The notes beneath the pieces were generated by a model. It saw nothing but the letters and a program-made list of their open reading frames with translations. It was not told the DNA's origin and searched no databases. Positions 1 to 8,838 of a stretch of DNA of 64,000 bases are shown piece by piece. Where the stretch lies: sequence record NC_019405.1; one strand, written 5' to 3'. The first letter of the stretch is position 1. Each line of letters starts with the position of its first letter. Both the position numbers and the translations under genes were made by a program.

Positions 1-779
1 GGGCTCTGGGCGAAGTTTTGTGGGACTACTATGACTTGCATTATTTCAAGCGCAAGCGGTCCGAGTGGAAGTACCAAAGATTTGCTTTGGTTTATCAACA
101 ACTTGCCGACGCGGCCTCGGACACCTCCATCGCGTCCAAGTTTCAGACCTACGATCACCTGCCCCACCTGGAGCCGAAGGTGCTCAAGGCCCGGCTTGAC
201 GCGGGTCACGCCGACGAGCGCGGGCGGCCGATTCCGGACCGCAAGGAGCACTTCCGGCGGGTGGTGGTCAGCGTCGACTCGGCCAACAAGCCCGGCGCCC
301 GCAACGACTACAGCGTCGCCCAGGTCTGGGGGGAGACCCACGCCCGCAAGCACTACCTGATCTACCAGGAGCGCAAGAAGGTCGACATCACCGGCCTGAC
401 CGAGATGATCGAGCGGGTGGCCAAGCGCTACGAGGTCGACGCCATCCTGGTCGAAGACAAGGGCAACGGCACCGCCTACATCCAGGCGCGGGGCCAGACC
501 GACAGCCAGCGGCGGCTCGCCCCGGCCCCGATCGAGGCGATCCAGGTCCCGAGCACCTATTCCAAGGAGTTCCGCTTCAACGAGATCGTCCCGATGATCG
601 AGGCCGGCGAGGTCTTCCTGCCGGGCAAGGCCCCGTGGCTCGACCTGCTGATCCGCGAAATCGGTCAGTTCCCCGAAGGCGCCCATGACGACCAAGTCGA
701 CGCCATGACGCAGTACCTCCGCTGGGCCAAGTCCAAGCGCACGCGGTTCGGCGCGCGCAAGGTCGGCTCGATGGGCTGA
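1..779 (+). CDS. terL: Terminase large subunit, C-terminal nuclease domain (5' truncated)
   Basis: VDSANK, ILVEDKGNG and FPEGAHDDQVDAMTQ motifs of the RNase H-like TerL nuclease; frame is open from the window start. Confidence 0.93.
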   Translation, partial: ALGEVLWDYYDLHYFKRKRSEWKYQRFALVYQQLADAASDTSIASKFQTYDHLPHLEPKVLKARLDAGHADERGRPIPDRKEHFRRVVVSVDSANKPGARNDYSVAQVWGETHARKHYLIYQERKKVDITGLTEMIERVAKRYEVDAILVEDKGNGTAYIQARGQTDSQRRLAPAPIEAIQVPSTYSKEFRFNEIVPMIEAGEVFLPGKAPWLDLLIREIGQFPEGAHDDQVDAMTQYLRWAKSKRTRFGARKVGSMG

Positions 780-852
780 CGAGGCCCGTTAACCACGTTT
801 GTTAACCTCCGCCGGGGCCTTAACCCTAACACGGCGAGGGTTAACAGGTCCA

Positions 853-981
853 GGGACCCTTCGAAATTAACCTTTCGGGGACCCTGGGAAATCGTAAGGC
901 GGGGACCCTGGCCATTTTCCGGCTGGGGACCCTGGCAAATTCATCGCCGGGGACCCTCCGAAATTCATCCTCGGGGACCCT
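853..981 (+). repeat. Six GGGACCCT boxes with 24-25 bp periodicity
   Basis: GGGACCCT at 853, 878, 902, 926, 950, 974, most followed by GAAAT/CAAAT. Confidence 0.9.
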
Positions 982-1001
982 GGCAAATCAAGGAGCCGGC
1001 G

Positions 1002-1193
1002 ATGGCCGAATTTCTCGCCCTGATCCCCAACCTCGCGCCGTTCCTGGCCTGGGGAATCCTCCTCTGGATCGCCGCCGAGGTGGTCTGGAGCGTCTGCCTC
1101 TGGGTCTATGGCCTGCGGACCCTGTTCAAGCTGCACCGCGACGATCTGGCCGAGGCGATCAGCTTCGAGCGGGCGCTCAGCCCCTTCGACTAG
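1002..1193 (+). CDS. Small membrane protein (63 aa)
   Basis: AAGGAG RBS; hydrophobic helix. Confidence 0.75.
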   Translation: MAEFLALIPNLAPFLAWGILLWIAAEVVWSVCLWVYGLRTLFKLHRDDLAEAISFERALSPFD

Positions 1194-1276
1194 GCGCGGC
1201 CTGCCGACCTAAGTCACAGACTGTAGGTTTCGTGACAAGGTAGGATATTTCACAACGATTTCAAGGGCTTATACCT

Positions 1277-1540
1277 ATGACGATCCGACACTACCTCCAC
1301 GATCTGGCCGTCCGTTTCGTCGTTTTGGGGTGGATTTTTGCCAAAAAGCCCCGAAAAACCGCTCCAAAAGGGCAAAATTTTCAGCCCCATCCGCCGGCCC
1401 TGGTCGACTGGGACCACCGCTGGCTCTATCTGGCGGCCGGTACTGGGCTGACGGCGGTCTGGCTCTGCTTCAGATTCGTTGGTCCAAGTCAAGACCCCTC
1501 GACCGCCCCGCCGCCAAGTCATAGACCGTGGGCTTCGTGA
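1277..1540 (+). CDS. Hypothetical membrane protein (87 aa)
   Basis: ORF with two hydrophobic stretches; AT-rich 5' part. Confidence 0.5.
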   Translation: MTIRHYLHDLAVRFVVLGWIFAKKPRKTAPKGQNFQPHPPALVDWDHRWLYLAAGTGLTAVWLCFRFVGPSQDPSTAPPPSHRPWAS

Positions 1541-1585
1541 CCAGATCACGCTTCCGTTACCGCTCCAGCCCTTGTGAGGCCTCGG

Positions 1586-1690
1586 ATGTTCGCCTTTCTC
1601 CGCCGGCTCAGCCTCGCCGCCGTCCATGGCGTGCTCTGGGCGATCCTCCTGGCGATGCTCGCCCTGGGCGGCCCGCGCCGCGCGCCCTAA
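1586..1690 (+). CDS. Small hydrophobic peptide (34 aa, MFAFLRRLSLAAVHGVLWAILLAMLALGGPRRAP)
   Basis: GAGG upstream; single TM-like helix; not in the ORF track. Confidence 0.5.
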   Translation: MFAFLRRLSLAAVHGVLWAILLAMLALGGPRRAP

Positions 1691-1770
1691 AGCGTCATAT
1701 CTGACGCCTAAAGCCCTCTAAGGGCTCATCTGTGAGACATTCAACGCCCTCGTGTTCCTCTGAACGCGGG

Positions 1771-1905
1771 GGCGTTTTGACGTCCGAGCGTTTTGACGCG
1801 GGCGCATTTTCGACTTGACGCGCGAGCGTTTTGACGCGGGCGCATTTTTGATTCGACGGGCGAGCGTTTTGACGTCCGAGCGTTTTTCAACTTGACGTCG
1901 TTTCA
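1771..1905 (+). repeat. Imperfect direct repeats (GA)GCGTTTTGACG
   Basis: About 5 copies interleaved with GCGGGCGCATTTT units. Confidence 0.85.
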
Positions 1906-1920
1906 TTTACCGCGAGCGCC

Positions 1921-2105
1921 TTAGGGTTAACGCCGGCCGCCGAGCCCTGGGGCGATTTACCACCACCGCGTTAACCTAACGCCTGTTAACCTATCGGTTG
2001 TTAAGGTTAACGCCCCGTTAGGGTTAACGCCCCTTAACCCTGCGCCCGTTAAGGTTAACGCGCCCCGGCCCAGGCGCCGCCCGGCCCTACCCGTTAACCC
2101 TAACC
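1921..2105. repeat. Dense cluster of GTTAAC/TTAACC half-sites
   Basis: About 10 TTAA cores in 185 bp of otherwise GC-rich non-coding DNA. Confidence 0.8.
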
Positions 2106-2170
2106 GCCCGACCCCCGCGCCCAGGCCATACCCGGTAGGGCCTGACGGCCCTACCGGGTATGCCCCCGCG

Positions 2171-2288
2171 CCCCGGCGGAGGCCAGGGACCGCCCCGGCG
2201 GAGGCCAGGGACCGCCCCGGCGGAGGCCAGGGACCGCCCCGGCGAGGGCCAGGGACCGCCTCGGCGAGGGCCAGGGACCGCCTCGGCG
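2171..2288 (+). repeat. 22-bp tandem repeat CCCCGGCGGAGGCCAGGGACCG x5.4
   Basis: Units start at 2171, 2193, 2215, 2237, 2259, 2281 (partial). Confidence 0.95.
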
Positions 2289-2303
2289 CTTTTTCGCGCC
2301 CCG

Positions 2304-2335
2304 TTTACCTTTTGTTAACTTCTGGCCTCTAGGGT
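2304..2335 (+). promoter_or_regulatory. CtrA-box early promoter 1
   Basis: TTTA-CCTTTTG-TTAA, 10 nt, CTAGGGT. Confidence 0.7.
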
Positions 2336-2383
2336 CGCCCTTGTCCCCGCCGCACTCCCGCGCCGGGCAAGGAGCTTCCCGCC

Positions 2384-2569
2384 ATGGTCCCCGACTCGAT
2401 CATGAACCCCCGCGACCACTTCCACCGCCTGCGCGAGGAAACCGCCCGCGCTCTGGTCGAGACGTTCGCCGAAACCGACCCCGGCGAGGACTACCGCGCC
2501 GAGGAAAAGGCCGGCGCGTGGGTTGTCGCCTATTACGACGCGGCGGGCGAATTCGTCGCCTATCTCTAG
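2384..2569 (+). CDS. Hypothetical early protein (61 aa)
   Basis: AAGGAG RBS downstream of promoter. Confidence 0.75.
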   Translation: MVPDSIMNPRDHFHRLREETARALVETFAETDPGEDYRAEEKAGAWVVAYYDAAGEFVAYL

Positions 2570-2593
2570 CCGCCTTCGCCCCCTGGCGCCGCG

Positions 2594-2626
2594 TTAACGG
2601 TTTGTTAACATATCGGCGCCAGGGTC
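2594..2626 (+). promoter_or_regulatory. CtrA-box early promoter 2
   Basis: Perfect TTAA-N7-TTAA (TTAA-CGGTTTG-TTAA) followed by CCAGGGT. Confidence 0.8.
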
Positions 2627-2668
2627 GCCCTAGCCCGGCGCGTCGCCGCGCCTTCGGAGAAAACCGCC

Positions 2669-3472
2669 ATGCTCTACACCCCCGCCGCCCGCCGCCTTCG
2701 CGCCTATCGCGAAACCGCCGCGAAGAACGCCGAAATTCACGCCCGGCCGCACATGTCCGGCAACGTCGCCGGCTATAACGAGTCGGTTTGGCCGACGACG
2801 GCGCTAGGCGTCGCCGCCAAGGCTGGCGCCTTCAAGCGCCCCGAAACCGCCGGCAACTGGTCGGAAGATCGCAAGGCCTATTACGCCCCCGCGTGGCCGG
2901 CCGGCTGGCGCGTGCTGGGCACGGCCGAAGAGGTTTGCCGCAAGGAAGGTTCGCGCCGGGTGGAACATTCCGGATGGTACACGACGCCCGACGACTACAG
3001 CGCCACCCTTTCGGGCTATGTGCTGCAAATCCCCGCCCGCGACGGCCGCCCGCAATACGTCGCCGGAACCGCCCATAGTGAATGGGACGGGGTGACCCTT
3101 TACCCCGCCGACCGTTTCGACAACCCGCTAGACGCGGCGAGCGCCGCCGACCGTCACGCCGAACGCGACGCCGAAGAGGAACGCGAATATCAAACCGCGT
3201 GGCAAGCGGGCCAGCGCTACGCCGAACTCGGCGCCGAAGCCAAGGAGGCCCGCAAGGAAGCGCTGGCGATCCTCGCCGAACGCCGCAAGGTCAAGGGGCT
3301 GGAAACCCCCGCCTTGTGCGGCGCGATCCGGGCGCAAGTTGAGGCCCTGCTAAGCCGGATCGAAGAGGCGCGCGCCTCGCGCGCCAAGCTCAAGGAAGGC
3401 GAGGACTCGCGCCTCATGTTCTACCCCTCCGCCCGCATGGTCGCGGCCTTCAATGACGGGGCGGCCGGGTGA
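2669..3472 (+). CDS. Hypothetical early protein (267 aa)
   Basis: GGAG RBS; protein-like composition. Confidence 0.85.
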   Translation: MLYTPAARRLRAYRETAAKNAEIHARPHMSGNVAGYNESVWPTTALGVAAKAGAFKRPETAGNWSEDRKAYYAPAWPAGWRVLGTAEEVCRKEGSRRVEHSGWYTTPDDYSATLSGYVLQIPARDGRPQYVAGTAHSEWDGVTLYPADRFDNPLDAASAADRHAERDAEEEREYQTAWQAGQRYAELGAEAKEARKEALAILAERRKVKGLETPALCGAIRAQVEALLSRIEEARASRAKLKEGEDSRLMFYPSARMVAAFNDGAAG

Positions 3473-3678
3473 AGGTCGCCCGCGACGCCTTCGCCGTGTT
3501 CTGGACCCTCCCCGCCGGAGGCGTCCAGTTTCACGCCGACATGAAACGGGCGCTTTACCCGACCGCCCGCGACGCCGCCCGCGCTTTTAGCGCCATGTTC
3601 CCCCGTGACCGGGTCCGGAGCGTCCGCGACGCCTCCGGCCGCTTCCTGGCCTTCAAGGAGTCCGCCCCGTGCGCCTGA
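3469..3678 (+). CDS. Hypothetical early protein (69 aa)
   Basis: GTGA overlap with upstream stop. Confidence 0.65.
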   Translation: MKVARDAFAVFWTLPAGGVQFHADMKRALYPTARDAARAFSAMFPRDRVRSVRDASGRFLAFKESAPCA

Positions 3679-3950
3679 TCAGCTACAACGTCAACGGAAC
3701 CGGCTTTAAGGGCGGGTCCGCCGCCCCCGTCCCGTGTCCCGCCCTCGCCGGCCACGCCGACGACGCGGGGCTATGGGTTCCCGACCGTGAAGCCGTCGCC
3801 GCCATGCTCCCGCATCGCTGGCGCGCCGCCTTCGCCCGCGCGGCGTTTTGGTATGACGCCCGCGACAACAAAAAGCCTTGCCGCGCCGACCTCTACGACG
3901 CGCGCGGCCGGTACCTGACTCAGGTCTGGGCGCATCCGGTTTTCGCCTGA
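3669..3950 (+). CDS. Hypothetical early protein (93 aa)
   Basis: AAGGAG RBS, GTG start. Confidence 0.7.
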   Translation: MRLISYNVNGTGFKGGSAAPVPCPALAGHADDAGLWVPDREAVAAMLPHRWRAAFARAAFWYDARDNKKPCRADLYDARGRYLTQVWAHPVFA

Positions 3951-3979
3951 CCAGACGCCCCGGAAGATTTTCCGGGGCG

Positions 3980-4011
3980 GTAACCTTTTGTTAACTTCTG
4001 GCCTCTAGGGT
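3980..4011 (+). promoter_or_regulatory. CtrA-box early promoter 3
   Basis: GTAA-CCTTTTG-TTAA, 10 nt, CTAGGGT; preceded by hairpin GCCCCGG-AAGATTTT-CCGGGGC. Confidence 0.75.
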
Positions 4012-4069
4012 GACTTTCGCCGCCGGGCAATCCCGCCCGCCGGACCCTCTTTCAAGGATTGCTCCCGTC

Positions 4070-5122
4070 ATGACCTCTCATTCCATGGTCGCGCACCGTT
4101 GGGCGCAGGACGACGAGAACGGCCGCACCGCGCGCGGCTTCAACATGTATTTCGAGCGCTACGGACGCGGCGCCGACCGCGTCAACGTGATTTTTTCCTA
4201 CGGGACTCACTTCCCGGCCGCCGCCTTCGTGACCGATGCGCACGGCCGCCGCGTGGTCCTCTACACGACGCACCGCCGGAGCGTTTCGACCGCGAAACAC
4301 CTTTCGCATATCCGTTGGGCTATCCCGTCGGGCGTGCCGGTGTTTTCCGTGCCGAACGTGTCGCGGATGCACAAGCCGGGCGGCGCGGGCGACTTCCACG
4401 GGGACAACCTGCGCGCCTATATCGAGAGCGCCGCCGGCCTCGCCGAAAAGGCCAAGCGCGCCCGCGTCTACGGCCCTTGGTTGCTTAGCCAAGCCCGCGA
4501 CCAACTCGCCGAAGCGCAACGCTACGCCGACGCCTTCAAGGTCAAGGGCTTCAAGGTCCCGGCCTTGGAAGACGTCGCCGGCCAATGGGCGAAGATGACG
4601 GCCGCCAAGGCGCGGGCCGAAGCCAAGGCCCGCAAGGAAGCCGAAAAGCGAGCCCGCGAAGCCCGTGAAGCCGAACGGCTCGCCGACGCCGAAGCCTTCG
4701 CCGCGTGGATGCGCGGCGAGCGCCAGAGCGCCCCGTTTAGCTACCGGGTGCGCGATGACGGGACCGTCTATCTTCGCCGCTTCCGGGGCGTGGTCCGCGA
4801 CCTGCGCAGTCAAGAGCGCGACGGCTCGCGCGTCGATGAACTGCAAACCTCGCAAGGCGCGGCCGTGCCGTGGGAACACGCGGTAAAGGCCTTCCGGTTC
4901 ATCAAGCTTTGCCGCGAACGCGGCGAGAGCTTCCACCGCAACGGCCGGGTGATTCGCGTCGGACACTTCCAAGTTGACGCGATCAGCCCGCAAGGCGACA
5001 TGACGGCCGGTTGCCACCGGTTCGCGTGGGATGAAATCGAACGCCTCGCCAGGGCCGAAGGGGTTTTCGACCTCCCCGCCGCCGCCGACGCCGTCGAAAC
5101 CCGGCAAGCCGAACCGGCCTAA
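4070..5122 (+). CDS. Hypothetical early protein (350 aa)
   Basis: AAGGA RBS; VAHRWA...IFSYGTHFP motif of a kind seen in phage early proteins; central coiled coil. Confidence 0.85.
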   Translation: MTSHSMVAHRWAQDDENGRTARGFNMYFERYGRGADRVNVIFSYGTHFPAAAFVTDAHGRRVVLYTTHRRSVSTAKHLSHIRWAIPSGVPVFSVPNVSRMHKPGGAGDFHGDNLRAYIESAAGLAEKAKRARVYGPWLLSQARDQLAEAQRYADAFKVKGFKVPALEDVAGQWAKMTAAKARAEAKARKEAEKRAREAREAERLADAEAFAAWMRGERQSAPFSYRVRDDGTVYLRRFRGVVRDLRSQERDGSRVDELQTSQGAAVPWEHAVKAFRFIKLCRERGESFHRNGRVIRVGHFQVDAISPQGDMTAGCHRFAWDEIERLARAEGVFDLPAAADAVETRQAEPA

Positions 5123-5177
5123 GCCCGCCCGACCCTCCAGCGCCCCGGCTCCCCGCCGGGGCGCTTTCGTGTACGCG

Positions 5178-5209
5178 GTAACCTTTTGTTAACTTCTGGC
5201 CTCTAGGGT
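5178..5209 (+). promoter_or_regulatory. CtrA-box early promoter 4
   Basis: Identical to promoter 3 (67-bp repeat 3977-4043 = 5175-5241). Confidence 0.75.
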
Positions 5210-5257
5210 GACTTTCGCCGCCGGGCAATCCCGCCCGCCGGCCAAGGATCGCAGACC

Positions 5258-5557
5258 ATGAATCTTTTCGTTGTCGCCATTGACCCCGCCCTCATCCCTT
5301 CGGCCGCCGGCTTCGTGGTCGCCTCCCCCTACGGGTGCGGCAAGTGGCGCGCGTGCGTCGGGAGCGAGGCGGACATGATCGCGCTTCGCGACAAGATGCG
5401 CCGCGCGCACCCGGCCCCGGAAGGCTACAGCGTCCAGCCCCTGGCGTCGTTCCTGGCCTATCTCGAAACGGTCGGTGAAAGCCCCTATGACCGGTTCCGC
5501 GCCCATGACGCCGCCGCCCGCATCCTTGACACCCTGACGACTCATCTCGCCGCCTAG
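5258..5557 (+). CDS. Hypothetical early protein (99 aa)
   Basis: AAGGA RBS after promoter. Confidence 0.8.
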   Translation: MNLFVVAIDPALIPSAAGFVVASPYGCGKWRACVGSEADMIALRDKMRRAHPAPEGYSVQPLASFLAYLETVGESPYDRFRAHDAAARILDTLTTHLAA

Positions 5558-5614
5558 CCCCTTCTCGCCCCCGGCGCGCGGCCGGGGGCGCTTTCCTCGA
5601 AAGGATCGCCGACC

Positions 5615-5983
5615 ATGACAACCCGTCTTATCGCCGTGCGCGGCCCGACCGCCGCCGAACTCGCCGACCCGTCCAGCCGCGCGGGCGGCGCCGAAGTCGT
5701 TTTCGAGCGCCGCGACCGCGAAGGCCGCACGCGCCTTGTGTTCGCCTCGACCTGCTACGGCTCATATCAGCAATGGGGCGAAACCCGCGACGTGCTCGCC
5801 GACAACGTCGAGGCGGTCACGCTCTGGGCCGAAGGCATGGCGGCCGTTGCCGCCCTCATCGACGAGAGCGACGACGACGACGCGCCCGACTGGGACGCCG
5901 TCACCGATGGAATCGCCTCCTTTGATCACGCCCGCGCCATGGACGGGGAAAACCCGGTCATGCGCGACGACGGGGAGGCGTGA
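5615..5983 (+). CDS. Hypothetical early protein (122 aa)
   Basis: AAGGA RBS. Confidence 0.8.
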   Translation: MTTRLIAVRGPTAAELADPSSRAGGAEVVFERRDREGRTRLVFASTCYGSYQQWGETRDVLADNVEAVTLWAEGMAAVAALIDESDDDDAPDWDAVTDGIASFDHARAMDGENPVMRDDGEA

Positions 5984-5986
5984 GCC

Positions 5987-6406
5987 GTGCGCACAACCAA
6001 GGCTCAACGCTTCGCCGCCATCGCCTTTGACGCCCTCGCCAAGGCCCTAAGCGAGCCGCGCCAAGCCGTCGCCCGCGTGACCAAATGGGAGGGCGCGGGC
6101 CATAGCTTCGCCAACCTCCAGCGCGATTATGAGCGATACGGCCCCGGCGCCCGCTCATGGTTCGGCCGGGCTGAAATGCGCTTCTTTGGGACGCGCCTAG
6201 AGGCCGCGCCGCTGGACTTCCCGGCGCTGGCCTGCACCCTCTTTCTGACCTCCGAAACCCCGCCCGGCGCCGGCCGGGTCTGGACCCTTCGCGCCTATGT
6301 CTGGGCTTCGGCCGATATCACCACGCTAACCCATGGCGACGAAACCGACGCGGCGACCGCGCAAGCGGCCTTTGACCTGCTTTGGCGGGTTCTCGCCGCC
6401 CGGTAA
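5987..6406 (+). CDS. Hypothetical early protein (139 aa)
   Basis: GGAGG RBS, GTG start. Confidence 0.75.
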   Translation: MRTTKAQRFAAIAFDALAKALSEPRQAVARVTKWEGAGHSFANLQRDYERYGPGARSWFGRAEMRFFGTRLEAAPLDFPALACTLFLTSETPPGAGRVWTLRAYVWASADITTLTHGDETDAATAQAAFDLLWRVLAAR

Positions 6407-6434
6407 CCTTTTGTTAACTTCTGCCCGCTAGGGT
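6403..6434 (+). promoter_or_regulatory. CtrA-box early promoter 5
   Basis: GTAA-CCTTTTG-TTAA, 10 nt, CTAGGGT. Confidence 0.75.
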
Positions 6435-6482
6435 CTTCTTGCGGCCGGGCAATCCCGCCCGGCCGCCCAAGGATTGGACCGC

Positions 6483-6755
6483 ATGACCCGCGCTCAAGCC
6501 CTCGCCGAAATGAACGCCCTTCCCGGTATCATCGCCTCTTTTGAGCGCGAGACGGGCGAATATCGCGTGACCCTGCGCTTTGGCCCGCTCCCCATGGGGC
6601 GTGGCGCTCAAGACTGGATGAACAAGCGCCGCGAAGCCGTCGCCAGCTACAGCGACGACAAGGCCGACGCCCTGGCCACCGCCCGCGACATGTCCGCCCG
6701 TTGGGAGGCGATGAACGCCGAAGAGCGTTCGCGCCTCTATCACAACCCCGCCTAA
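6483..6755 (+). CDS. Hypothetical early protein (90 aa)
   Basis: AAGGA RBS. Confidence 0.75.
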   Translation: MTRAQALAEMNALPGIIASFERETGEYRVTLRFGPLPMGRGAQDWMNKRREAVASYSDDKADALATARDMSARWEAMNAEERSRLYHNPA

Positions 6756-6821
6756 AGCCCCGCGCGCCGCCCTGGCCTTCGCCGGGGCGGCTCCCTCAAC
6801 CCCTCGCAAGGATCGCACCCC

Positions 6822-7106
6822 ATGACCGCCCGTAAGCCCCTGACCAAGGAACAAAAGGCCCGCCGCCGCGCGACCCGTCGCGCCGCCCGCCTCAACTGGT
6901 CGGATGAGCGCCGCGCCCGCGAATTCGAGCGTCAAGCCCGCTTCTTCCTAATGATCGCCACCCGCGCCCAAGGCGCCGGCCAAGGCCAGGAAGCCGCCCG
7001 CCTCGCCACGGTCGCACAACGCAAGGTGACAAACTGGCGCATGGCGCAGGCCTGCGCCCGGATTAACGCCCTGGCCGTGCATCCTTGGGCGGGGGTCGCC
7101 TCCTAA
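6822..7106 (+). CDS. Basic hypothetical early protein (94 aa)
   Basis: AAGGA RBS; Arg/Ala-rich. Confidence 0.75.
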   Translation: MTARKPLTKEQKARRRATRRAARLNWSDERRAREFERQARFFLMIATRAQGAGQGQEAARLATVAQRKVTNWRMAQACARINALAVHPWAGVAS

Positions 7107-7288
7107 TGGCCCGCCGCGTCCGCTACATGCCGTCCGAAGCTCTGGACCTCGCCGACGCGCTCGGCGAGGGGCTGGACCTCGTTAAGGCGATGAGCGAGGC
7201 CCGCCGCGCGGGCGCGCCTATCGCCGACACCCTCGCCGCCCTCGAAGACTGGGCTTTAACCGCCGTCAACCTCATAGAAGAGGACTAA
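7106..7288 (+). CDS. Hypothetical early protein (60 aa)
   Basis: TAATG overlap. Confidence 0.65.
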   Translation: MARRVRYMPSEALDLADALGEGLDLVKAMSEARRAGAPIADTLAALEDWALTAVNLIEED

Positions 7289-7293
7289 ACCCA

Positions 7294-7476
7294 ATGACGC
7301 ACCCTCACGCCCTGGCGCTGATCGCCCTCGCCGAAAAGGTGTTGCCGCTTACCCGGCTGCACCCGCTCGACCAACGCGCCGCCGCCGTCGACCTAATCGG
7401 CGACCTCTACGCCCTCGCCGACTCCATTGACGCCACCCCGCAAGCCGCCGCCCTGGCGCAACCGAAGGCCGCCTAA
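7294..7476 (+). CDS. Hypothetical early protein (60 aa)
   Basis: GAGGA RBS. Confidence 0.7.
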   Translation: MTHPHALALIALAEKVLPLTRLHPLDQRAAAVDLIGDLYALADSIDATPQAAALAQPKAA

Positions 7477-7479
7477 GCC

Positions 7480-8070
7480 ATGAACCCGAACCGCTACCGC
7501 CTCGCGCCCCGCGACCGCTTCAGCCGCGAGCTTGCCGAAACGCTCTATCAGGCGGCCGAAGCCGTCGCCCGCGTGATTCCGCTAGTGCCGGAGTCCGTCC
7601 CCGATGAGCGCCGCGCGCTGGGCAAGGTCCGCGCCGACCTGCTAACCCATAGCGCCGGCGCCCTTGTTCCCAAGCCGCCGGCCGCCGTGCTCGCAACCCT
7701 CGTTTGGGTTGTCGAGATGGCGCAAGATCGCGCGACCAACGCCGATTTCAACACCGCCCAAGAGGGACTCGACGAACACGAGTCCCTAGCCTTTGTCGCC
7801 GACTGGCTGGAAGCCGAAGGCCAGGACGTGACGCCGATTCGCAACGCGCAACCGTCCGCCGACGCCCTGGCCGAACTCGCCGCCCGTCGCGACGCCGAAC
7901 AAGAGGCGCTAGACGCCTTGGAGGCCGCCGCCCTGGCCGAAGCGCCGGGCGACGTGATCACCGAAGCCTTGCGCCCCTATCTGGGCGCCACCCTGGCCGA
8001 AAACCACGCCGACGACGTGCTAGACGCCCTCACGCGCGCCGGCTTCCAAATCACCCGCAAGGAGGCTTAA
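7480..8070 (+). CDS. Hypothetical early protein (196 aa)
   Basis: Helical, in operon. Confidence 0.8.
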   Translation: MNPNRYRLAPRDRFSRELAETLYQAAEAVARVIPLVPESVPDERRALGKVRADLLTHSAGALVPKPPAAVLATLVWVVEMAQDRATNADFNTAQEGLDEHESLAFVADWLEAEGQDVTPIRNAQPSADALAELAARRDAEQEALDALEAAALAEAPGDVITEALRPYLGATLAENHADDVLDALTRAGFQITRKEA

Positions 8071-8074
8071 GACC

Positions 8075-8653
8075 ATGTCCCGCGCCGTTTCCACCTTCGC
8101 CACCCCTGAAAAGCTCATCGGGGGTTACCTCATGTCGGCGGCCCGTCACGGGGCCATGACCGAAGCCGCCGAAGTCATCGCCACCCTAGAGGCGGCCGGC
8201 TATGTGATCGCCCGCCGCCGCGACGTCTTCACCGATGAGGGCGAGAAGCTGGGCGACCTGTTGGCGGCGCTTTATGACGCCGTCCCGAACTACGCCGTAA
8301 GATCGCAGCGCCTCGCCGACGCCCTCAAGCCGGCGCGAGACTACGTCTATCAGCCCCGGTTCCGGGTCAAGCTGGACGCCGCGCCCGGCGCGCGCCTGAC
8401 CGACTGCGACACGGGCGCAACGGTCTATTTCCAGCCGGGCGACGACGCCGACGCCTTCCGGGCCGAATTCGCCCCGTGGGTTCACGACGCCAATGTGACG
8501 GCCGAAGGCGCGGCCCTGGCCTCGATGATGAACCCGACGGCCGAAGAGTATTTCAGCGCCAGCGGGGAAGATGACGACTTGCCCGGCGCGCTTTCCGCCT
8601 TCGATTCCGCCGGCTCCGGCCAAAGACTGGGCTACGTTCGCCCGCCTCGCTAA
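8075..8653 (+). CDS. Hypothetical early protein (192 aa)
   Basis: AAGGAGG RBS. Confidence 0.8.
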   Translation: MSRAVSTFATPEKLIGGYLMSAARHGAMTEAAEVIATLEAAGYVIARRRDVFTDEGEKLGDLLAALYDAVPNYAVRSQRLADALKPARDYVYQPRFRVKLDAAPGARLTDCDTGATVYFQPGDDADAFRAEFAPWVHDANVTAEGAALASMMNPTAEEYFSASGEDDDLPGALSAFDSAGSGQRLGYVRPPR

Positions 8654-8763
8654 GTCATCATTCCTACCGTCTATGACTTGTCACCGGCCGAAGTCTTACC
8701 CGGTGACAGTCTGGGCAAGTAAAGCTCACTCTGGATTTTATGACTTAGCGCAAAGGATTGAAA

Positions 8764-8838
8764 TTGCTCGAAAAATTCCTAGAAGCTCACAAAGTCGTTT
8801 TCTGGCTGCTCTTGCTGGCCTGTTTGTGGCGCTTTTAA
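8764..8838 (+). CDS. Candidate 24-aa membrane peptide (MLEKFLEAHKVVFWLLLLACLWRF)
   Basis: AAGGA RBS 6 nt before TTG; amphipathic plus hydrophobic segment; AT-rich island. Confidence 0.4.
   Translation: MLEKFLEAHKVVFWLLLLACLWRF

Noticed and set aside
853-981. GGGACCCT array as a mini-CRISPR
   Set aside because: The repeat is only 8-9 bp and the 15-bp spacers are similar to each other.
2171-2288. 22-bp repeat as a CRISPR array
   Set aside because: Units are contiguous with no spacers; no cas genes.
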